This document shows positions 9,737 through 19,546 of a stretch of 64,000 nucleotides of DNA, in pieces. A model generated the notes under the pieces. The model saw only the letters and a program-made list of their open reading frames with translations. It searched no databases and was not told the origin of the DNA. The DNA comes from Candidatus Poribacteria bacterium (GTDB lineage: Bacteria > Poribacteria > WGA-4E > WGA-3G). The position numbers and the translations under genes were made by a program. The stretch covers positions 384,001 to 448,000 of the forward strand of contig OZ219753.1 in assembly GCA_964291315.2 (NCBI GenBank), given 5' to 3'. Every line of letters starts with the position of its first letter. Within the stretch, counting starts at the first letter, position 1.

Positions 9737-11665
9737 TCAGATAAAAATTTTGTAGGTCCGCAAACCAAACGCAGGACCAATGATTGCCCAGATGCTGCCA
9801 ATAACGTAATCGCCTAAGATCAATCCCAAAAAGAGTGGTGCGACTTGCCGGTGGAGTCTCAACCCGCCGTGTCGTAGAATCATTAGCTTTAAAAACCAGG
9901 CAACAAAAAAGGCAAACCAGAAGTAGTCCATCGCAAAACTGATGGCGAGGGCGTAACCTGCAGGATGGAAGGGCCACCAAAGAAAATTCATCCGCATATA
10001 CATCATTACGAGTGTCAGGAGGGCACCGATGCCCATAAAACCGATGCCGACGATGTTAGGTTCCGCTGGGTTATGTAGCCAGCGCTGAAGCCGACTGAAC
10101 GATTCTCTACCGACCCATCCCTTGAAGCCCCCGGCTTTTGCGACAGCCCCATTCCGGAAGGTGATGTCAAGATTCGCCCAAAAGGTCACTAAGATACCGA
10201 CAATAATTGCTATTAACATCGCCAGCCATAAACGTCTGTTGCCCATCTGTGTTGATTCTGCAAGTTTGAACGCCTCAATCTGATTCGGCATCGGATGATT
10301 GCGATAACCACGATTGAACCAGTAGAAAAGCGACATAATGGTGAGGCTACTTGTATCAAATTGCCGGGTTCCACCAACTGTCGCAAGCATGTCGTGTGGG
10401 TTAACGTAGTAAATTTCGTGCGGCGTGCCGAGTTCTGCTCGGACACGGGTAATTGCAAACGAAAGCAGGAAATAGACGCCAAAGAAGAGCCCGGCAGCCC
10501 ACAACGTCATTCCCGCAATAGAAGAGAAGATCCCGAGTGCAACGAGCGAACCGAGAATGCCTAAAAAGGCAGCGCGATACGACATCGGCTCGTCGGAATC
10601 ATCAATAGCAGATTTAAACCCTAGTATTTTTTTTAACACCTCGCGAAAATGCCGACGTGTGACCCAGATCGCTATCAGGAAAAGGGCAATCCATGCGCCG
10701 TACGCTTGTTCGTTGAGAGCCGGAAAATAACGTGTGCCGAGCGCTGCACCGATGACGAATTCGGCTAAACGGACAACAAAGAAAAACCAGCACGAAAATG
10801 AGAGATCTAAGGGCAGGAAAAACGCCAGACCGACTGCGAAAGGATAGATAGAAATTCGTGTGCCACGGATGACATTCCATGGACGCTCGGTGAAGATATT
10901 TTGGAATACAGCTGTCCGTTTGATATAAGGGATCTCTGGGAACTGGGGGAAGATATGGTGAATACCGTTAATGATACCGATCCCGAACGCGATGCTGAAT
11001 CCTAACCACATCATCTGGTTCTTAAGGAGGCGGATACCGCCGCTTTCGGAAAGCTGAAGTGGAAGTTGTATGATCGGGTACGCTAGCTTCTCTTGTTCCG
11101 CCCACTGCTTTCGGACGAGCGTGTTGATGCAAAGCATCAGGAACATCATAATGAGAAAAAAGAGACCCCAGAATGCCAACGGTTTTAACCAAACCGAAAA
11201 GTTATGTCTGGTATAAAAGGAAGCTTCGCCTTCGTAAAAGCCTTGAAGACTTTGGGTATCCGAGACAGTGAGCCAAGTCGGTAGATACCGGAAAAAAAGT
11301 GTTTGCCACTCGTTTTCTTCGGTCGCGAAGCGGAAAGCATGTGCGATACTACCAAACATATTCTGCATCGTATCGTGTCCAGCAAACGTGCAGGATATTG
11401 CAACCATGATATAGACAGTGAGCAGTTCTCCCTGCTGTAGCATCTGCCGTGGTGCGAAACGTTTCAGCAGGACATTGGCTAGCACACAGGTGAACATAAT
11501 GAAAACCGGCTGGATAAAGAGCGGTAAGCATGAACCGTCAAGTGAGTAGTACTTCACCTCAACAAGCGTCATCCAATAGACGTTGACTGGAATGAATAGG
11601 ACTCCAAGGAAAAGCGATCTACCTGTAACGCGCGTTGACGAAATTAGAGTTTCACGAGTTTGCAT
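9737..11665 (-). CDS. Polytopic membrane protein, DUF6785/DUF6784 (putative peptide transporter)
   Basis: QW..QEKLAYPI, WWPFHPAGY, FLGLILGD; many TM helices. Confidence 0.7.
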   Translation of the reverse strand: MQTRETLISSTRVTGRSLFLGVLFIPVNVYWMTLVEVKYYSLDGSCLPLFIQPVFIMFTCVLANVLLKRFAPRQMLQQGELLTVYIMVAISCTFAGHDTMQNMFGSIAHAFRFATEENEWQTLFFRYLPTWLTVSDTQSLQGFYEGEASFYTRHNFSVWLKPLAFWGLFFLIMMFLMLCINTLVRKQWAEQEKLAYPIIQLPLQLSESGGIRLLKNQMMWLGFSIAFGIGIINGIHHIFPQFPEIPYIKRTAVFQNIFTERPWNVIRGTRISIYPFAVGLAFFLPLDLSFSCWFFFVVRLAEFVIGAALGTRYFPALNEQAYGAWIALFLIAIWVTRRHFREVLKKILGFKSAIDDSDEPMSYRAAFLGILGSLVALGIFSSIAGMTLWAAGLFFGVYFLLSFAITRVRAELGTPHEIYYVNPHDMLATVGGTRQFDTSSLTIMSLFYWFNRGYRNHPMPNQIEAFKLAESTQMGNRRLWLAMLIAIIVGILVTFWANLDITFRNGAVAKAGGFKGWVGRESFSRLQRWLHNPAEPNIVGIGFMGIGALLTLVMMYMRMNFLWWPFHPAGYALAISFAMDYFWFAFFVAWFLKLMILRHGGLRLHRQVAPLFLGLILGDYVIGSIWAIIGPAFGLRTYKIFI

Positions 11666-11696
11666 AGTTTATGAATCACCGGAATAGGAAGAGTTG

Positions 11697-13562
11697 CTAA
11701 CGGTAGGTTTTAACGATTTCTGAGATGACGTTGGCTCTATTTTTCCAATTCATACGAGCGGGTGGAATGAGATAGATCCCGTCAATGTGACGTTCATCTT
11801 GATTCCGGATGTCCCGAATTAGCTCCAGACACAGACGCATCCCCAGCCCGTGTGCGGTGGTATCACCGATGTCCCGGAACTTATCGACGATGAACTGCGG
11901 AATGTAGAGTCCCAAATTGTCACGCAAGTACGATGCTGTGCGGAAACTGGTAAGCGGCAATATCCCGTAGAGCATTTTTATACCGAGATGTTCCGTTGCC
12001 TGCTGGGTACGGACGATATCCTCATAGGTCCAGACAGGTTGTGTATAGGCAAACTTTGCCCCCTGTGCAACCTTATTTGTGAGATGTTTGACGTGGGGTT
12101 GAAGGTTCTCAGTAATCGTGAAACCGCCTCCGTAGTAGAATCCACAAGGTTCACCGATTGAGGAGCCGTTAGCGAGTTCGCCTTGGTTCAACCGAGCGAT
12201 GAGTTTCATCAATTGAACAGCACCGCGGACATCTGGCACGAGACTAGCAGTCTCATACGGACCGGCTTTGGGATGGTCACCAGATAGCGCCACAATGCCT
12301 CGGATGCCTAGTGCTTCTGCCTCAAGTAGATGTGATTGCATACTGATGAGATTCCGTGAACGAGTTGTCCAATGGATCAGGGTTGGAATCTGAGTGGCTT
12401 GCTGAAGTCGATATGCTGTGCCGACAGCGCCAATATTGACCGCTGCCCCAGAATTATCGGTCACATCAAACAGATCAACGCCGGTGGCTGCAAGGTTTTT
12501 GGCTTCCCTTAACAACGCTCGAAATTGCGGAAATGTATTCGCGCGCATCTCTACACTTATGATGCGCTTTTGTCTCTCAAACACCTGCTGTACAGGATTA
12601 CCGGCTCGGGTCTTAGACGCAGATTTAATCTTAGGGAGAACGAAGATACGTTGTTCGCGTTCGACGGGCGGGTGTCCTGTGATAACCTGCCGAATCTTCG
12701 CTGTGTACGCTGGCGTTGTGCCGCAGCAACCGCCTATCATGTTGGAGCCGAGTTCAACTAATTTTCCGACGTAGTCACCGAAGACTTCATCTTCAACTGT
12801 ATAAGAGAGCGCAATTTCGCCTTGTTCTATTCTTGGATTACCCGCGTTAGGCTGCACTACGATGGGGGTACTGATTACAGGAGCAAGGAGTGTCATCGCC
12901 TCAACGAGATCGTGTGGCCCTCGGCAATTGAGACCGATGGCGTGGGCACCGATTTGTTCTAGTTCTTGCGCGAAGACGCGGACATCCAGCCCCGCGCCTA
13001 CAGTGCCTCCTGAAACGCCACCGATTTCAACGAGGACAGGGACACCGTAAGTGAGCGCTTGCTTAGTGGCAATTTCCGCTTGTTTAGAAGAGACAAACGT
13101 CTCAAGAACGAGGAGATCAACGCCTGCCTCGACGAGCGCGTCCATCTGCTCCTTGAAAAGTCTACGGGTTAATTTTGTGGAGGGTAAGGAAGCATCTAAA
13201 GTTTGGAACGGGATCTGTCCGACAGACCCCGCTACGTAGCATGTCTCTGGCACAGCACTACGCGCGAGGATGACCCCTGTTTTGTTAATTTCTGTGACCT
13301 GATCCGGTAAGCCGTGAACGGCTAAAGCTTCCCTATTCGCTTGATAGGTATTCGTCTGGACAACATCCGCGCCTGCATCGGCATAGGCGCGGTGAACTGC
13401 TGCTACCTTTTCGGCATGCTCCGTAGAGATATTACAAGCATCAACAGATTGCAAATGCAACGGAATCTGTTTACGGAGCTCGGTTCCGATGGCCCCATCA
13501 CACACCAGAAGTCGATCTGTTAAGGCCGCTATGAAGTTATCTTTTTTTGAAGAAGTCGCCAT
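11697..13562 (-). CDS. yitJ: Bifunctional homocysteine S-methyltransferase / methylenetetrahydrofolate reductase (YitJ-like)
   Basis: DGAIGT, GLNC, PNAG, GGCCG; C-terminal MTHFR (VTDN, LSGD, TQPV); alternative GTG start at 13607. Confidence 0.85.
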   Translation of the reverse strand: MATSSKKDNFIAALTDRLLVCDGAIGTELRKQIPLHLQSVDACNISTEHAEKVAAVHRAYADAGADVVQTNTYQANREALAVHGLPDQVTEINKTGVILARSAVPETCYVAGSVGQIPFQTLDASLPSTKLTRRLFKEQMDALVEAGVDLLVLETFVSSKQAEIATKQALTYGVPVLVEIGGVSGGTVGAGLDVRVFAQELEQIGAHAIGLNCRGPHDLVEAMTLLAPVISTPIVVQPNAGNPRIEQGEIALSYTVEDEVFGDYVGKLVELGSNMIGGCCGTTPAYTAKIRQVITGHPPVEREQRIFVLPKIKSASKTRAGNPVQQVFERQKRIISVEMRANTFPQFRALLREAKNLAATGVDLFDVTDNSGAAVNIGAVGTAYRLQQATQIPTLIHWTTRSRNLISMQSHLLEAEALGIRGIVALSGDHPKAGPYETASLVPDVRGAVQLMKLIARLNQGELANGSSIGEPCGFYYGGGFTITENLQPHVKHLTNKVAQGAKFAYTQPVWTYEDIVRTQQATEHLGIKMLYGILPLTSFRTASYLRDNLGLYIPQFIVDKFRDIGDTTAHGLGMRLCLELIRDIRNQDERHIDGIYLIPPARMNWKNRANVISEIVKTYR

Positions 13563-13615
13563 ATAAGAGGAAGCGCGCCTATAGAGCGCGCTTCTTCCTG
13601 CTTGCACGCTCGGTG

Positions 13616-15232
13616 TTATTTAATGATGTCTCCGGCACTCTCAGTTGGGATATAATAATAACCGTAGAGGATACACATCTCATCTTCAGACGTCAGACCG
13701 AAGACAAGCGGCTCATCGGTATCGTAGTTGTTGTGTGTGCATTGGAACTTAAGGGCATCGTCCGGATCTAACCGCAGCACCGGCTCAAACAGAGTGATCG
13801 GGGCATCGTCGTAAGCGACACTCCTATGTAGCAAATCCCCTGAAGACCGCTGGAAAATCTCAAACAACTCGCCGTGTCTGTGCATGTGCGAAGTCAATAA
13901 GAACACATTCAATTCAGTATCAGATTCGTGTCCTCTCCGTTCCAGCTCATCTTCAACGTACCAGGTCATCTTGGCAAGGCGCGTCGTACCGGGCGGCACG
14001 TTAATCGCTCTGTTAGAGACGAAAATTTCAACTGCTTCGTATTGGACCTCTTCCTCCGGAATAGTGTAGATATTGACGTACGTTTCGCCTGTCAGCGTCT
14101 CATCCCCCAGCAAATTAATGTAGTGCGAGTTGAGGTCGTAGACAGTGTTGCCGGGCATCCGCAAACCTACACCTTCAGGAAATTCAAAGAGGGTATCGTC
14201 TGTTTGGGTTCCAACGACGAAAAGTCGATCAACGCCGAAATTCCCAAGCACTTGTGGGTTTTCTGGATCAAGCTCACGGAAAGCATGTGTTGGATCGACC
14301 CCGATTCCGGGGGTAATGCCTCTTTCCATTACACCGTTTGCTAAGCCTTCTTCAGTCAGCCGGTATATGATGAAGTGATGGCTGCCGGCCGGGTAGAAGA
14401 TCTCGACTTTATTAATAAAGACATCTTCCGTTACGGGATCGCCATTTTCGTCAGTGATCTGGGTGGCATAGTAGATTTCGCGTTCTGTTCCGGGTTCAAT
14501 CTTAAAGGGCGGTAGCCGGAGTTGATATCCTTCACCGGGAGCGGGGGGTGCAGGCGGTTCAAAGACTTCGTCGGGATCGCGTAAAACGCCGAGGTCTCCA
14601 ATACCTGCTATTTTGCCGGCTTGTGGTGCGCCGGCCTGGATCCATGTCTGAACTGCCTCTATTTTTCCATTATGGAGTATTCCCCCGCCAAACGGCATGC
14701 GTGCGCCCTGTTCGGGGGCGCTAGGGCCGATCAGTTTCGTCAAGAGAAAGCTGTTTTCTGGATTACCCGGGTCTACGAGCTTCATACCGGCCGCAGCTGC
14801 AGCGGGATTCTGTGGGGCTCGGCCGACTAAATCTTCATAAGAGAGCCCATAGGTAAGGTTCAAGCTGCCTGCGTTTGCAGGTGCAGCATGACAGGCGCTG
14901 TTTGCACAACTCTTATCGAACACATATTCCTGAATGTCGTGATAGGCGGAATTTTCATCTGGTACGGTTTGCCCGAAACTGTTGCTGACTCGGACGAGGT
15001 CGAGCACGTTAACGATCCCGTCGCGATTGACATCAGGGTCCTGCGCCGCATCTCGATCTCGCGGTTTCCCGAAGGAAGCAGCGACAAGCACAAGGTCTTG
15101 GATATTTACGACACCGTCTTTGTTGACATCTTCTAGAAGCGTAGGGAGATCACTGTGTCCAAATGCAGAAAAGGATAGTGCACCTACGAATAAAAGCGTG
15201 AGACTAGAATAGACTATTTTTTTATAGATCAT
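13616..15232 (-). CDS. Secreted dockerin + c-type heme + copper type II monooxygenase-like fusion protein
   Basis: Signal peptide; 2x DVNxDGxVN; CANSACH...RMP; SHHF, SHY, SHMH, DEMC. Confidence 0.7.
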   Translation of the reverse strand: MIYKKIVYSSLTLLFVGALSFSAFGHSDLPTLLEDVNKDGVVNIQDLVLVAASFGKPRDRDAAQDPDVNRDGIVNVLDLVRVSNSFGQTVPDENSAYHDIQEYVFDKSCANSACHAAPANAGSLNLTYGLSYEDLVGRAPQNPAAAAAGMKLVDPGNPENSFLLTKLIGPSAPEQGARMPFGGGILHNGKIEAVQTWIQAGAPQAGKIAGIGDLGVLRDPDEVFEPPAPPAPGEGYQLRLPPFKIEPGTEREIYYATQITDENGDPVTEDVFINKVEIFYPAGSHHFIIYRLTEEGLANGVMERGITPGIGVDPTHAFRELDPENPQVLGNFGVDRLFVVGTQTDDTLFEFPEGVGLRMPGNTVYDLNSHYINLLGDETLTGETYVNIYTIPEEEVQYEAVEIFVSNRAINVPPGTTRLAKMTWYVEDELERRGHESDTELNVFLLTSHMHRHGELFEIFQRSSGDLLHRSVAYDDAPITLFEPVLRLDPDDALKFQCTHNNYDTDEPLVFGLTSEDEMCILYGYYYIPTESAGDIIK

Positions 15233-15269
15233 GAGAAATCAACCTCCTGCCTGTTCCATATTTGCACAA

Positions 15270-15986
15270 TTAATTTTGTGCTGTGTTTTTGAAAAGTTTG
15301 GTTTTTCGAGTACATCGATATTTTAAGAGCGTCCATGCGGCAAAGAGTCCATCTGACCAGAATCGAAGTTTTTTGCCTTCCTTTTTGGTGCGCGGGAAAT
15401 AAGAGACCGGCACCTCGTGGATCTGATAGCCTGCGCGTAAAATCTTCGCTGTAACCTCTGGACAGAATTCAAACCCTTTGCACGTTAAATTCAAACGTTT
15501 TAACAATTCGGTTGAAAAGACTTTATAGCCTGTAGACTCATCGGTGATCCGGCACCCATAGAGGAGATTCGTGTAAGCTGCCAGAATACAGTTAGCGATG
15601 AAGTTGTGAAGACTGGCGTTTCCGCGACCGTTGAGAAACCTTGAGCCGTAGACAACTTGAACGTCCTCTTTCTCAAAGGATTGCAAGAGTCCGGAGAGAT
15701 CGGCTGGGGATAACTCCATGTCGGCATCTTGAATAACTACAATGTCCCCTTCGACATGTCGGAGCCCCTTGCGGATAGCAGATCCTTTACCGCCGTTTTC
15801 TTTGCAGTGTACAACGGTTAGCCGATAAATCTCACGGAGCTGTTCAAGTGTGTTGTATGTTCCATCAGTGGAACCGTCGTTGACGACAACGATCTGTTTT
15901 TTGATCGGCAGCTGGTGCAACGCTTCAAGAACTTGCCCGATCGTCTGCTCTTCGTTAAACGCAGGAATGATTACAGATACGCACAT
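15270..15986 (-). CDS. Glycosyltransferase family 2
   Basis: IIPAFNEE, NDGSTDGT, QDAD, EVPVSY.PR. Confidence 0.9.
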   Translation of the reverse strand: MCVSVIIPAFNEEQTIGQVLEALHQLPIKKQIVVVNDGSTDGTYNTLEQLREIYRLTVVHCKENGGKGSAIRKGLRHVEGDIVVIQDADMELSPADLSGLLQSFEKEDVQVVYGSRFLNGRGNASLHNFIANCILAAYTNLLYGCRITDESTGYKVFSTELLKRLNLTCKGFEFCPEVTAKILRAGYQIHEVPVSYFPRTKKEGKKLRFWSDGLFAAWTLLKYRCTRKTKLFKNTAQN

Positions 15987-16013
15987 CGTTTATCCTGCCT
16001 CCGTCTGAGCGCG

Positions 16014-16805
16014 TTAGAGCAGTGATTTCACCATGCCGCCGTCTACCTGAATCGTTGTTCCTGTTATGTAGCTTGCCCGTTCGGATGCAAGAAATACGAC
16101 TAAACTTGCAAATTCAGCGGGATCCCCGATTCGACCGAGTGGGATGTCTGCTGTCATTCTTTCGAGTGCCTCGTCAATCGTGATACCGGCCTCCTCTGCC
16201 CTTACCGTTGCCAGCTGCTGGATACGATCAGTGAAAATAATACCAGGGCAGACGTTGTTGACAAGAATGTTATCCGGTGCTAGCTCGGTTGCGAGGGTTT
16301 TCGCAAAGCCGATCACCGCTGTGCGCGCCATGTTGGACAACATGAGATTATCGACGGGCTGCTTAACGGACACAGATGTCAGGTTGATGATTCTTCCACC
16401 GCCGCGCCCTTGCATTACCGGGACAACAGCTCGACAGAGGTTGACCGTGCTCATGAGGTTTAGGTTGACAGCGTTTTGGTAATCTTGCGCATTGAGATCG
16501 TCAAAACGCCCAGCTCTGGGGCCCCCGGCGTTATTGACTAAGATATCAATGCCCCCGAAGTGTTGAAGAGCCGTGCTCATGAGGTTTTGAACCTGATCAG
16601 GTTGGCTAACATCGGTCGGGACTGCTAACACTTCAGAACCTGTCTGGCTACGGATGTCGTCTGCCGTTGCCGCTAGGCCGTCTCTATTTCTGGCACAGAT
16701 TGTGACCTTCGCCCCCTCCTGTGCTAACGCCAGAGCAATAGCGCGGCCAAGCCCTTTACTGGAAGCACCTACGACTGCTACTTTATCCGTGAGTCCAAGA
16801 TTCAT
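16014..16805 (-). CDS. SDR family oxidoreductase
   Basis: GASSKGLG, NNAGG, VDGG. Confidence 0.9.
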   Translation of the reverse strand: MNLGLTDKVAVVGASSKGLGRAIALALAQEGAKVTICARNRDGLAATADDIRSQTGSEVLAVPTDVSQPDQVQNLMSTALQHFGGIDILVNNAGGPRAGRFDDLNAQDYQNAVNLNLMSTVNLCRAVVPVMQGRGGGRIINLTSVSVKQPVDNLMLSNMARTAVIGFAKTLATELAPDNILVNNVCPGIIFTDRIQQLATVRAEEAGITIDEALERMTADIPLGRIGDPAEFASLVVFLASERASYITGTTIQVDGGMVKSLL

Positions 16806-16882
16806 ACGTTATTTTCTATGGGCTTGCAAGCAACGCCCTATATCCTTTCAAAATCGGAATTCACTTTACACCCCTTAATTGC

Positions 16883-16988
16883 TAACGTGAGCTTGATAAT
16901 TATTGGGTTCATCTTTGGATGAAGAGAACCCTCACAGAGGCTGACAGGTTCTGCTACAAGCTCTGAATCTTTTTTCAAGCTCCCGTTA
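16883..16988 (-). repeat. Dispersed TAAC/GTTA MITE-like element, copy 1
   Basis: Ends TAACGTGAGCTTGA...TCAAGCTCCCGTTA; reverse-complement similarity to 23623-23730. Confidence 0.8.
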
Positions 16989-17014
16989 ATTACTTAAGGT
17001 CAAATATGCTATTA

Positions 17015-17044
17015 AGTATAACACCTTTCCACGGGTTCTGTCAA
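17015..17044 (-). promoter_or_regulatory. Sigma70-like promoter for SDR operon
   Basis: TTGACA-18-TATACT with TG extension on minus strand. Confidence 0.6.
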
Positions 17045-17067
17045 GGTTAATCTAGGAGCATAATGGG

Positions 17068-18141
17068 TTAACTGTTGTAGCGAACGTTGTCTTCCGCCTC
17101 AATGATCTCCGCGCCGATAGAGGTGCCGAGCTTGGTTGCCCAATCTTGAAGTTGACTGTAGATAGTGTCCGGTATCTCAATACCATCTACCAACCGTTGC
17201 GTTCGAAATCGATATTCAAAATCACCGGGAACTAAGACTTCATCAAAACCGGGGGCGGGTGGCGTAGATTTAATGCTGTCTAAGAAGGCGCGGACCCCCT
17301 TCTGGTATTCATTGACTGGTGTGAAGGCGTTGACATCAACCACTTGCATAAAGATGCCGTTCATTGTACCGTGCTCCACGTCAAACGTTCCGCCTAAACC
17401 GCCGAGGAGGCATGTAAACATAGCGAGTGCGTAGCCTTTATGTTTTCCGAATGCGAGGAGTGCTCCGCCATCGTAGAAGTCGGCGGGCTTGACGCTCGGA
17501 TTGCCGTCTTTATCAAGGATACACCCTTCAGGTAAGTTGGCACCTTTGCTTCGGGCGACCTGAATTTTCCCCTCGGCTACCATACTTGTGGCGTAATCAA
17601 CAATAAACGGACTGGCATCCCCGGTCGGTACACCGAAAGCGATCGGATTGGTACCGAAGGCACCTTCTGCGCCGCCAAAAGGCACGGTCGGGCCTCTGCC
17701 TCTGCCACCGTTACCCACAGTGATCAGCGAGATACATCCAGCTCTCGCCGCCTCTTCGGCATATTCCCCCAGACGTCCGATATGCCCGGTGTTGCGGATA
17801 CTGACAGCGCAGGAGGCACCGGTTTTTGCCTTTTCAACTGCTTTTTTGATAGACCAGCGGGAGGTGTAGTGCCCGAAGCTGCCTTGTCCATCAACGCTTG
17901 CGGTATTCGCGGTCTCTGCAAGCAGTTTAGGTTCCGCTTTGGGTCTTAAGAATCCGCCTTCAATACCGCGTAAATAGGCGGGTATACGTAGGACTCCGTG
18001 GGAATCGTGTCCAGCGAGATTGGCATTAACGAGGATTTCTGAAACATCCTCGGCGATGTGTTGCGCCACGCCAGCAGCGACCAATATGTTCCGTGAGATC
18101 GCGTGTAGATGTGGGGCATGAAGTAGATGTGTCTTTTCCAT
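17068..18141 (-). CDS. Ldh_2 (type 2 malate/L-lactate dehydrogenase) family oxidoreductase
   Basis: GHDSHG, GHIGRLG, GTNPIA, HKGYAL, VLVPG. Confidence 0.9.
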   Translation of the reverse strand: MEKTHLLHAPHLHAISRNILVAAGVAQHIAEDVSEILVNANLAGHDSHGVLRIPAYLRGIEGGFLRPKAEPKLLAETANTASVDGQGSFGHYTSRWSIKKAVEKAKTGASCAVSIRNTGHIGRLGEYAEEAARAGCISLITVGNGGRGRGPTVPFGGAEGAFGTNPIAFGVPTGDASPFIVDYATSMVAEGKIQVARSKGANLPEGCILDKDGNPSVKPADFYDGGALLAFGKHKGYALAMFTCLLGGLGGTFDVEHGTMNGIFMQVVDVNAFTPVNEYQKGVRAFLDSIKSTPPAPGFDEVLVPGDFEYRFRTQRLVDGIEIPDTIYSQLQDWATKLGTSIGAEIIEAEDNVRYNS

Positions 18142-18355
18142 ATATTTTGGTCCTTTAGACAACGTAGAGTGCGTGAAAGGTATCGGTAATACTCAAAAAC
18201 TATACCCTTATTTTATCTTTGCTGTTTTTTTTGTCAACAACAAACAGAACCAGTAGCATGCGTATTCAGATCTCAATTAGGTCGGTAAGAAAACGTTAAG
18301 GGGCCGGTATTCGTTGTCTGTAGAGGGCGCTCGGAGGGTTGCGCGGGGGGAGCGT

Positions 18356-19516
18356 TTATCTCCTATACAGCGCGCGCATCTGTTGGATGACTTTGGGTAA
18401 CTTGGCAATAACTGCATCAATTTCAGCCTCGGTTGTGTTTCTGCCGAGGGAGAAACGGACAGTGCCTTGCGCCAACCTCGGGGGTAAGCCGAGCGCAGCA
18501 AGGACATGTGAGGGTTCCATAGAGCCAGAGGTACACGCGGAACCGGTCGAGACACAGATGCCTTCCATGTCCAAACGTAAGATGAGGCTCTCGCCCTCCA
18601 CCGACTCAAACGAAACGTTAAGCGTGCCGGGCGCGCAGTGGACCGGATGTCCATTATAATGGAGCCTGCCGATGTGCTCATTTAAACCGGCACGTAGACG
18701 CTGCGTTAAGCCACTCAGGTGTTGGGCATAAGAGCCCCGTTCCTGTTTGGCAAGATCAGCAGCTGTTCCGAGTCCAACAATAGCCGGAACGTTCTCGGAT
18801 CCGGCGCGTCGATTGCGTTCATGCGAGCCTCCATGGACGAGGTTGGCAAGCCGGGTGCCGCGGCGGATATAGAGAACACCGATACCCTTAGGGGCGTAAA
18901 TTTTGTGCCCGGAGAATGCAAGCAGGTTCACGCCCAGCTCTTGAACGTTCATGGCCAATTTGCCGACCGATTGCACGGCATCCGTGTGGAGCGGGATATC
19001 GCGTTCTTGCGCGATTGCGCATATCTCTTCAAGCGGTTGGATCGTGCCGTTTTCGTTGTTGACATGCATGATGGAAATCAAGGTTGTGCTATCCCGGATC
19101 GCTTCACGAAGCTGCTCGGTGCTGATCCGTCCGTATCTATCTACAGGAAGGTAGGTGACCTCGAAACCGTGTCCCTCCAGATATTGACATGTGTGCAACA
19201 CTGCATGATGCTCGACAGCCGAGGTAATGATGTGATTCCCTTTTCCGCGACTCTTTTGTAGCTCGGTTAAACCTTTGATGGCATGGTTATCTGCCTCTGT
19301 GCCGCTACCGGTGAAGACGATCTCGCTTGGACTCTTGGCACCGATGAGCTCGGCGACCTGCTCGCGCGCAGTGTCAACAGCAGTGCGGGCCTCGCGTCCA
19401 TAGGCGTGAATGCTGGATCCGTTGCCGAACGCCTCAGTGAGATATGGCATCATGGCATCCCGAACTTCAGGGCGGAGCGGTGTCGTAGCATTGTAATCTA
19501 GATAGATACGTTTCAT
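18356..19516 (-). CDS. iscS: Cysteine desulfurase (IscS/NifS)
   Basis: YLDYNATTP, SGHKIY.PKG, STGSACTSG. Confidence 0.92.
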   Translation of the reverse strand: MKRIYLDYNATTPLRPEVRDAMMPYLTEAFGNGSSIHAYGREARTAVDTAREQVAELIGAKSPSEIVFTGSGTEADNHAIKGLTELQKSRGKGNHIITSAVEHHAVLHTCQYLEGHGFEVTYLPVDRYGRISTEQLREAIRDSTTLISIMHVNNENGTIQPLEEICAIAQERDIPLHTDAVQSVGKLAMNVQELGVNLLAFSGHKIYAPKGIGVLYIRRGTRLANLVHGGSHERNRRAGSENVPAIVGLGTAADLAKQERGSYAQHLSGLTQRLRAGLNEHIGRLHYNGHPVHCAPGTLNVSFESVEGESLILRLDMEGICVSTGSACTSGSMEPSHVLAALGLPPRLAQGTVRFSLGRNTTEAEIDAVIAKLPKVIQQMRALYRR

Positions 19517-19546
19517 GTTTCTGTTTACGGAGCGATCTGGCACAGA

